In this document: positions 1 to 4,926 of the stretch, one piece after another
How the letters are laid out: every line of letters starts with the position of its first letter
Position numbering within the stretch: the stretch's first letter is position 1
Translations under genes and position numbers: made by a program
Origin: a virus
Taxonomy: Duplodnaviria > Heunggongvirae > Uroviricota > Caudoviricetes
DNA length: 64,000 bases
Strand: one strand, 5' to 3'
IMG/VR virus record: IMGVR_UViG_3300042473_000506
The notes under the pieces: model-generated
Databases searched by the model: none
Told to the model about the DNA's origin: nothing
Seen by the model: only the letters and a program-made list of their open reading frames with translations

Positions 1-8
1 CAAATAGG

Positions 9-156
9 TTTTTGAGAGACCAGCTATCTTTCTCAAGGACTCACTGGCTTGTCTCGTATGAAGGAGTTTAAACTACCTTGTGTTGCTACTGGTGTGTCAG
101 TCTCAAGAATAGGGACCTAGCGCACAAGGGACTCTACTTCAACGTCTATCTCAAAA
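9..156 (-). ncRNA. Structured ncRNA in tRNA array (family unknown)
   Basis: Terminal helix TTTTGAGATAGAC/GTCTCTCAAAA, inner helix CCTTGTG/CACAAGG; sits in a tRNA slot; shares AAGTAGAGTC..CTAGG with 724-934. Confidence 0.55.
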
Positions 157-158
157 CT

Positions 159-234
159 TGGCGTCCCATAGCGGATTCGAACCGCTGTAAATACCGTGAA
201 AGGGTACTATCCTAGGCCTCTAGATGAATGGGAC
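159..234 (-). tRNA. tRNA-Glu(TTC)
   Basis: Cloverleaf, loop CT-TTC-AC, GGTTCGAATCC, encoded CCA. Confidence 0.92.
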
Positions 235-239
235 ATGTT

Positions 240-314
240 TGGTAGTAACGGTGAGATTCGAACTCACACCGGGCACCGTATGAAGGTGTTGCACAACCAT
301 TATGCTACGTTACC
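240..314 (-). tRNA. tRNA with CAT anticodon (Met or Ile2)
   Basis: Cloverleaf, loop TT-CAT-AC, CCA. Confidence 0.85.
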
Positions 315-321
315 ATATCAA

Positions 322-398
322 AACACACTAGCGGAATCGAACCGTTACGCCTCCTGCACTACGTGAGGAAGCGGATGCCCACACTAGTTCTAGTGAGC
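322..398 (-). pseudogene. Degenerate or atypical tRNA-like element
   Basis: T-arm CGG-TTCGATT-CCG, weak acceptor, elongated anticodon arm with GTA at tip, no CCA. Confidence 0.45.
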
Positions 399-405
399 TT
401 TGATA

Positions 406-483
406 TGGTAGGACTGTCCGGATTCGAACCGGAACCTGGCGGATTAAAAGTCCGCTGTGCTAAACCGTTGACACTACAATCCC
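406..483 (-). tRNA. tRNA-Lys(TTT)
   Basis: GCGGA-CTTTTAA-TCCGC, T-arm, CCA. Confidence 0.93.
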
Positions 484-488
484 ATATA

Positions 489-565
489 TGGTCCCTAGCG
501 TCAGATTCGAACTGACACCTCATCGGTTAAGAGCCGAGTACGCTACCGTTAAACGCCAGCTAGGG
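489..565 (-). tRNA. tRNA-Lys(CTT)
   Basis: Loop CT-CTT-AA, T-arm GTCAG-TTCGAAT-CTGAC, CCA. Confidence 0.9.
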
Positions 566-631
566 TTGTTGCATATTAAATTTGTCTTTAATGTGCCAAC
601 CCTAGACCATATACGGGATCTAAGATTGACA

Positions 632-655
632 CTATCGTTTACCTGAACGTTTCAT
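632..655 (-). CDS. Mini-ORF MKRSGKR, putative regulatory leader peptide
   Basis: SD GAGGT 6 nt upstream, downstream of a perfect promoter, stop codon overlaps a 16-bp hairpin. Confidence 0.55.
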   Translation of the reverse strand: MKRSGKR

Positions 656-684
656 GTCATTACCTCTTTTGTGTTTAAGTTTCT

Positions 685-713
685 ATTATACAACCTTTTA
701 GGGTAGTTGTCAA
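685..713 (-). promoter_or_regulatory. sigma70 promoter
   Basis: TTGACA-17-TATAAT exact. Confidence 0.9.
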
Positions 714-723
714 CCGCATTGAA

Positions 724-934
724 TTTGTAAGCTGTTGCGTCCCTCATATCGCAACCATTTTCCCTTGTAATAAAGCCGGCAGGGTCAAGATACGTCACTT
801 GGGCTTTGTCCAGACGATACTCCAACTGTATTCCGATCTTCCGATCGGACGGGGATCGAACCCGCTACCTTCTACTGTTTTGGTAGTTCGAACATACCTA
901 GACAGCGTGACTCTACTTGCTGACACTTACAAAA
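724..934 (-). ncRNA. Structured ncRNA with internal T-arm; CAGCAA-family-like closing stem
   Basis: TTGTAAG/CTTACAA stem, then 3 nt + CAGCAA; GCGGG-TTCGATC-CCCGT; hairpin TCCGATC-GGAA-GATCGGA. Confidence 0.6.
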
Positions 935-936
935 CT

Positions 937-1014
937 TGGTGGACGATAGTGGAATCGAACCACTGTCACGGCAGGGTTGCTACCGCCTGTTATCCTTTAC
1001 AACAGTCATCGCCC
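937..1014 (-). tRNA. Atypical tRNA, anticodon uncertain (GCA or AGC)
   Basis: Good acceptor, T-arm and CCA; 8-nt anticodon loop TAGCAACC lacking U33. Confidence 0.55.
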
Positions 1015-1021
1015 ATTAACT

Positions 1022-1096
1022 TGGTGCCCACATATGGAATCGAACCACAATCCCCGGTTTCGTAGACCAGTGTATTATCCATTATACTATGCGGGC
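1022..1096 (-). tRNA. tRNA-Arg(ACG)
   Basis: Loop CT-ACG-AA, CCA. Confidence 0.9.
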
Positions 1097-1104
1097 AAAT
1101 AAAA

Positions 1105-1164
1105 CAGGATAGCATTTTTGGTTTCATTAACAGTGAAATTTTTGATTTTGCTGTTGCTATCCTA
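1105..1164 (-). ncRNA. CAGCAA stem-loop element 1
   Basis: AGGATAG-CAA-CAGCAA...CTATCCTG. Confidence 0.75.
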
Positions 1165-1227
1165 AAAATTTGTGCTGGGTAGGTGCTCCAGCGCCGATCG
1201 TCTTGATATTATCTCACGGCCCTTGTT

Positions 1228-1303
1228 TGGTGCCACAAACTGGACTCGAACCAGTAACACACGAATTTTCAATCCGCTGCTCTACCATTGGAGCTATTGT
1301 GGC
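1228..1303 (-). tRNA. tRNA-Phe(GAA)
   Basis: Loop TT-GAA-AA, CCA. Confidence 0.93.
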
Positions 1304-1311
1304 AAAATGTT

Positions 1312-1386
1312 TGGTGGAGGCCGGGGGTATCGAACCCCTCTAGTCACGATGCTTGCAAGGCAACGCCGCAGCCCTCTGCTGCCCCC
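1312..1386 (-). tRNA. tRNA-Ala(TGC), atypical D-arm
   Basis: G3:U70, loop CT-TGC-AA, CCA. Confidence 0.75.
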
Positions 1387-1395
1387 AAATTGTAT

Positions 1396-1474
1396 TGGCT
1401 CCGTGTGTGAGGATCGAACTCACCTAATCATTGATTAACAGTCAAGTCCTTGCACCATGCTTGGATTTCACGGA
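1396..1474 (-). tRNA. tRNA-Asn(GTT)
   Basis: Loop CT-GTT-AA, G73, CCA. Confidence 0.85.
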
Positions 1475-1482
1475 ATAAATTT

Positions 1483-1557
1483 TGGCGATCCTGCGGGGAA
1501 TCGAACCCCGATATCCGACTAGACAGGCCGGTATAATAACCACTATATGACAGGACC
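1483..1557 (-). tRNA. tRNA-Asp(GTC)
   Basis: CCGGC-CTGTCTA-GTCGG, CCA. Confidence 0.9.
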
Positions 1558-1564
1558 ATTAACT

Positions 1565-1651
1565 TGGTGGAGACGACTGGAGTCGAACCAGTAGTGCCTT
1601 TCGGGCGGCGGATTTACAGTCCACTGGGGTTACCAATTTTCCTACATCTCC
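1565..1651 (-). tRNA. tRNA-Tyr(GTA)
   Basis: Loop CT-GTA-AA, long variable arm, CCA. Confidence 0.92.
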
Positions 1652-1657
1652 ATAACT

Positions 1658-1733
1658 TGGCGCCACAGACGGGAATCGAACCCGCCTAAATCGGATAGAC
1701 AATCCGGTGCCCTACCCAGAGGACTACTGTGGC
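1658..1733 (-). tRNA. tRNA-Asp(GTC), second copy
   Basis: CCGGA-TTGTCTA-TCCGA, CCA. Confidence 0.88.
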
Positions 1734-1739
1734 AAAACT

Positions 1740-1838
1740 AATAACACAAGCATAACATTAACCAGTTATGCCTGCCACTCTCATCCCTCGCTGGCAGGGA
1801 GACTGAATGCCATCCTACAGTGCGTTGAGTGTTGTTAA
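1740..1838 (-). ncRNA. Structured ncRNA between tRNAs
   Basis: Terminal AACAACAC/GTGTTATT; hairpins CTGCCA/TGGCAG and GCATAAC/GTTATGC. Confidence 0.45.
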
Positions 1839-1840
1839 CT

Positions 1841-1917
1841 TGGTACTCCGTACGGGACTCGAACCCGTTTTTCCAACTTGAAAGGCTAGCGTCCTAAACC
1901 ACGTAGACGAACGAAGT
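1841..1917 (-). tRNA. tRNA-Glu(TTC), second copy
   Basis: Loop CT-TTC-AA, CCA. Confidence 0.88.
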
Positions 1918-1921
1918 AAAA

Positions 1922-2034
1922 TTCTTATACAACTACACACTCACAGGACTCGAACCTGCCAACTGGACTTCTCGTCCAGCTAGATACCACCTCTATCTGC
2001 TTGGCCTAAGCATTTGTGTGTATGTGTATAAGAA
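1922..2034 (-). ncRNA. tRNA-like RNA on an extended stem
   Basis: D-like, anticodon-like, variable and T (GGTTCGAGTCC) arms closed by ACACAC/GTGTGT plus TTCTTATAC/GTATAAGAA; no CCA. Confidence 0.65.
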
Positions 2035-2051
2035 CTTCTTATACTGTAAAT

Positions 2052-2063
2052 TTTTAAAGAACA
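2052..2063 (-). promoter_or_regulatory. boxA-like antitermination element
   Basis: TGTTCTTTAAAA after a CTAA-GCAA-TTAG hairpin, just downstream of a promoter. Confidence 0.55.
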
Positions 2064-2093
2064 TTTACATCTAATTGCTTAGTGTATGTGTTA

Positions 2094-2122
2094 ATTATAG
2101 CAAGGTTTTACCTCCTTGTCAA
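2094..2122 (-). promoter_or_regulatory. sigma70 promoter
   Basis: TTGACA-17-TATAAT exact. Confidence 0.9.
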
Positions 2123-2167
2123 TAGTCTTTGCAACTATTTTTGTTGTATTTTAACAACACTATTAAA

Positions 2168-2230
2168 CAGGATACTGTTTGCTTTTCACAGCCAAAAAGT
2201 GAAATATTTTGGTTTGCTGTAAGTATCCTA
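2168..2230 (-). ncRNA. CAGCAA stem-loop element 2
   Basis: AGGATAC-TTA-CAGCAA...GTATCCTG. Confidence 0.75.
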
Positions 2231-2233
2231 AAC

Positions 2234-2307
2234 TGGTGCGGGGTAAGGGAATCGAACCCTTAACTACTGGGTGGAAGCCAGTGATCTTACCATTAAACGA
2301 ACCACGC
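2234..2307 (-). tRNA. tRNA-Gly(TCC)
   Basis: ACTGG-CTTCCAC-CCAGT, CCA. Confidence 0.92.
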
Positions 2308-2314
2308 ATAAACT

Positions 2315-2389
2315 TGGCCCTCGAGGTGTATGTCGCAGTACACATTACTAACTATTGGCAAGGGTGTATACGGCCCCGCTTAACTCAAG
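2315..2389 (-). pseudogene. Degenerate tRNA-like element (TT-GCC-AA loop)
   Basis: Acceptor CCTTGAG/CTCGAGG + G-CCA; non-canonical T-loop; unpaired anticodon stem. Confidence 0.4.
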
Positions 2390-2397
2390 GATAAAAT

Positions 2398-2473
2398 TGG
2401 TGCAACCTGTAGGGATCGAACCTACTTCAATGGCTCTTCAGACCACCGCTATGACCACATCAGCTAAAGTTGC
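2398..2473 (-). tRNA. tRNA-Phe(GAA), second copy
   Basis: Loop CT-GAA-GA, CCA. Confidence 0.88.
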
Positions 2474-2480
2474 ATTGTAT

Positions 2481-2556
2481 TGGTGCCCCAGTCCGGAATC
2501 GAACCGACTTCCCCTGCTTACAAGACAGGACCTCATCCATTAAAGGCTTCAAGGGC
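2481..2556 (-). tRNA. tRNA-Thr(TGT)
   Basis: CCTGT-CTTGTAA-GCAGG, CCA. Confidence 0.85.
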
Positions 2557-2563
2557 AATAAAC

Positions 2564-2640
2564 TGGAACATCGGGTGGGACTCGAACCCACGACTGGACG
2601 GATTTGCAATCCGCTACATTGGCCGCTCTGTCACCGATGC
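2564..2640 (-). tRNA. tRNA-Cys(GCA)
   Basis: Loop TT-GCA-AA, U73, CCA. Confidence 0.92.
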
Positions 2641-2646
2641 ATAAAC

Positions 2647-2725
2647 TGGTCTGTGTGGCAGGATTCGAACCTGCGACCTCCGACTTCCAAGGCCGGCCGT
2701 CTGACCTGACTGACATTACACACAG
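2647..2725 (-). tRNA. tRNA-Pro(TGG)
   Basis: CCGGC-CTTGGAA-GTCGG, CCA. Confidence 0.9.
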
Positions 2726-2732
2726 ATAAAAT

Positions 2733-2807
2733 TGGTAGCCACGGACAATTTCGAAATGTCGACTCCCGCCTTATCAAGACGGTACTCTGCCTCTGAGTTA
2801 CGTGGCC
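2733..2807 (-). tRNA. tRNA-Ile(GAT)
   Basis: Loop TT-GAT-AA, CCA. Confidence 0.9.
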
Positions 2808-2812
2808 ATAAA

Positions 2813-3214
2813 TTACCACTCTGCGTATTCTGTTATTATACGAGAGTTTTTATCTTTTCTTTTTGTTGATTCTACACATCGCAGTTTAACTTCTTTTACA
2901 TCGCATATTTCTGCAATAGGAACGAGATATACTTTATCTAATTCATTTACATAGACTGCAATATAATCGATGTTACTTTCATTGTAAGAAACTCTATTTG
3001 TAAATGTGTTTTGAGATAGTTTAATTGTAACTATTCCGTTACTTTCTAACGATCTAAACTTAACTTGAATTCGTAAAAGTTTACCGTCGTGTCTATCTAA
3101 CACATAATCATAAGGACAACCTTGTGGCATTTTGCCAGTCCAATATCCTCTTTTGGCAGAAACGAGCACAAATGCTGCTTCTCCTATTTCACCTTTTTCG
3201 TTTGATATACTCAT
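2813..3214 (-). mobile_element. Free-standing PD-(D/E)XK endonuclease (group I intron-associated type), putative homing endonuclease
   Basis: GEIGE..YDYVLD..IQVK motifs; SD GGAG; TATAAATA upstream; inserted in the tRNA array. Confidence 0.75.
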
Positions 3215-3238
3215 AGTGTTCTCCTACAAGTATTTATA

Positions 3239-3284
3239 ACGCTCGCCAGGAAAGCGATTGTTATACCATTTAACTACAAGAGGA
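3239..3284 (-). pseudogene. 5' half of a tRNA (acceptor 5' strand, D-arm, anticodon arm; no T-arm)
   Basis: CCTCTTG-TA-GTTA-AATGGTA-TAAC-A-ATCGC-TTTCCTG-GCGA, then runs into the endonuclease promoter. Confidence 0.5.
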
Positions 3285-3296
3285 ATAAACTGCTTA

Positions 3297-3369
3297 GGGG
3301 TGACTAACGGGATTTGAACCCGTACTGACAAGGTCACAACATGTAGTGCTACCATTACACTATAGCCAC
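3297..3369 (-). tRNA. tRNA-His(GTG), CCA not encoded
   Basis: Loop TT-GTG-AC, C73. Confidence 0.85.
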
Positions 3370-3392
3370 ACCTAAGAAGTCTAACAAAATAT

Positions 3393-3466
3393 TGGCACCC
3401 GGACTAGGGATCGAACCTAGGCTAACAGAGTCAAAGTCTGTTGTGCTACCATTACACAATCCGGGA
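3393..3466 (-). tRNA. tRNA-Gln(TTG)
   Basis: ACAGA-CTTTGAC-TCTGT, CCA. Confidence 0.92.
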
Positions 3467-3474
3467 ACAAAAAA

Positions 3475-3531
3475 CAGGATGCTTATTTTTCAATTAAAAG
3501 TTGAATTTTTTGATTTGCTGGACGCATCCTA
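3475..3531 (-). ncRNA. CAGCAA stem-loop element 3
   Basis: AGGATGC-GTC-CAGCAA...GCATCCTG. Confidence 0.75.
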
Positions 3532-3535
3532 AAAC

Positions 3536-3610
3536 TGGCATACCCCCTTGGATTTGAACCAAGCCTAACGGTTTTGGAGACCGGCGTGCTGCCGCTGACA
3601 CTAGGGATAC
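3536..3610 (-). tRNA. tRNA-Trp(CCA)
   Basis: Loop CT-CCA-AA, G73, CCA. Confidence 0.88.
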
Positions 3611-3619
3611 ATAATAAAA

Positions 3620-3681
3620 CAGGATCAACTTTGGTTTTTTTGAATAATAAAAAAGTTTTTAAGTTTGCTGAACTGATCCTA
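3620..3681 (-). ncRNA. CAGCAA stem-loop element 4
   Basis: AGGATCA-GTT-CAGCAA...TGATCCTG. Confidence 0.75.
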
Positions 3682-3685
3682 AAAC

Positions 3686-3801
3686 TGGTACGACCGGTAG
3701 GTCTCGAACCTACAAGAGCACGGTAACTATGTTATGTGCCCCTTCCCCTGACCTATGCTATGAGCATAACGGGAGGTCTGCCATATTCCACTTACGGTCG
3801 C
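3686..3801 (-). tRNA. Atypical 116-nt Leu-like tRNA with elongated anticodon arm (CAT at tip)
   Basis: Acceptor GCGACCG/CGGTCGT, A73, CCA, T-arm, long variable arm, extra TATGC-TCATA-GCATA hairpin. Confidence 0.65.
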
Positions 3802-3809
3802 ATAATGTA

Positions 3810-3838
3810 ATTATACAATCTTATGTAGAATTTGTCAA
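3810..3838 (-). promoter_or_regulatory. sigma70 promoter
   Basis: TTGACA-17-TATAAT exact. Confidence 0.9.
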
Positions 3839-3844
3839 TTGTCT

Positions 3845-3936
3845 TGGCGGAAAGCAGAGGAGTCGAACCCCATCCCATTTCTGAGAACCCAGTTTTCAAG
3901 GCTGGTCGCAGGACCAACCCCGCTGCATTACTTTCC
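3845..3936 (-). tRNA. tRNA-Ser(TGA)
   Basis: Loop CT-TGA-AA, long variable arm, G73, CCA. Confidence 0.9.
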
Positions 3937-3945
3937 ATTTAAACT

Positions 3946-4021
3946 TGGTCTCGCATGAAGGACTCGAACCTTCGAAATCCTGGCCCCAAACCAGGTGGCA
4001 TAGCCGCTAACCGAATGCGAG
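3946..4021 (-). tRNA. tRNA-Pro(TGG), second copy
   Basis: CCTGG-TTTGGGG-CCAGG, CCA. Confidence 0.88.
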
Positions 4022-4028
4022 ATAAAAT

Positions 4029-4117
4029 TGGTGGAGCCTGAAGGAATTGAACCTCTTGCCAGCCACCCCACTTAATAATGGCTACCAGGTTACAGCTGGC
4101 AATGGGGGACAAGCTCC
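4029..4117 (-). tRNA. Atypical tRNA-Tyr(GTA) with truncated D-arm
   Basis: GCCAG-CTGTAAC-CTGGT, long variable arm, CCA, D region about 10 nt. Confidence 0.6.
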
Positions 4118-4331
4118 AAATTGTTAACACTCTCTTTCGAAAGTGCTTATTAAAACAAACTGTTACGCTATGCGTCCTGTTCTGATTCAGAGTCAGCAGG
4201 TACCAATTTGCTTTAATAACTAGTATTTTTTTATCCACATAAGGATAAGCCATCCACTAGTCCGCCCGTTTAGAACATGTTTTAAGTGCGTTCCCCGGGC
4301 CTCGTTCCCGTACTATATTACACTTTGCGAT

Positions 4332-4481
4332 CTACGACCGCCCTTGAGCAATCTCTCGCTTCCTACTTGCTTCGTAATACGCAGTTGCACGTTGTAACTT
4401 TTCCAAAATCATCTTGCGAAGATCTTGTTTAGTTAAAGTATGCGCTTTTGTAAACTCAGCTTGTCTCTTCAAATCTGTCAT
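4332..4481 (-). CDS. Hypothetical 49-aa protein directly after the attenuator
   Basis: SD AAGGA before ATG at 4481 (MTDLKRQ...). Confidence 0.6.
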   Translation of the reverse strand: MTDLKRQAEFTKAHTLTKQDLRKMILEKLQRATAYYEASRKREIAQGRS

Positions 4482-4493
4482 TCTTCCTTGCGG

Positions 4494-4528
4494 AAAACAA
4501 AAAACCCCAGGGTTTTTAATCCTAGGGT
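4494..4528 (-). terminator. Rho-independent terminator (attenuator 3:4 hairpin)
   Basis: ACCCTAGG-9nt-CCTGGGGT followed by TTTTTGTTTT. Confidence 0.85.
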
Positions 4529-4557
4529 CCTTGAAGTTTGTTGTGTTAACTTGTGTG

Positions 4558-4704
4558 TTACACGACAGTCCTCCGGACCCTAGAAATCTCTGGTGTACGA
4601 TCATATGATAGACTTCCCGCATTAATCGATAACCAACCGCAGGCTATTACACCTACCTGTTTGGGCATCGTATTAAATTGTTGATGTCTATTGGACGATT
4701 GCAT
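4558..4704 (-). CDS. 48-aa leader peptide containing all 20 amino acids
   Basis: MQSSNRHQQFNTMPKQVGVIACGWLSINAGSLSYDRTPEISRVRRTVV; AG-rich SD; contains the antiterminator strand. Confidence 0.75.
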   Translation of the reverse strand: MQSSNRHQQFNTMPKQVGVIACGWLSINAGSLSYDRTPEISRVRRTVV

Positions 4705-4763
4705 TTTGTTTTCTCTTTAAAACCTTTTGTTACATACACTACCTTATTGCAGTGTATGTTCTA

Positions 4764-4792
4764 ATTATACAGTTATTTAGCATTGTTGTCAA
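4764..4792 (-). promoter_or_regulatory. sigma70 promoter heading the leader/tRNA array
   Basis: TTGACA-17-TATAAT exact. Confidence 0.9.
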
Positions 4793-4926
4793 CCCTTATT
4801 TGTTCTTTTGAACAAAAAGTTTTTAACAACTTCTCTTCCTAACTAGTCTCTATTGTACTGCTTCTATTTATGTCTGTCAATAAGTATGTGGTTAAAATGC
4901 CACAATTTTGGCGAATTTTTATTTTA

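Noticed and set aside
593-632. Hairpin after the MKRSGKR ORF as a terminator
   Set aside because: No U-tract follows; it is better explained as one state of a folding switch.
1922-2034. Canonical YrlA or tRNA-Sec call
   Set aside because: Arms are in normal D-AC-V-T order, with no UCA anticodon and no recognisable Ro-binding consensus.
2813-3284. Group I intron splitting a tRNA
   Set aside because: No tRNA 3' half downstream of the ORF and no room for an intron core.
1105-3681. CAGCAA repeats as a CRISPR array
   Set aside because: Copies are non-identical with covarying stems, irregularly spaced and separated by tRNAs; no cas genes.
799-4253. ORF-track entries inside the tRNA array (799, 1172, 2163, 2209, 2355, 2470, 2631, 3939)
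   Set aside because: They are translations across tRNA/ncRNA genes, with no SD and no protein-like composition.
4332-4622. 96-aa ORF as listed
   Set aside because: Its 5' part runs through the terminator and leader; the SD supports a start at 4481 and the leader is in another frame.
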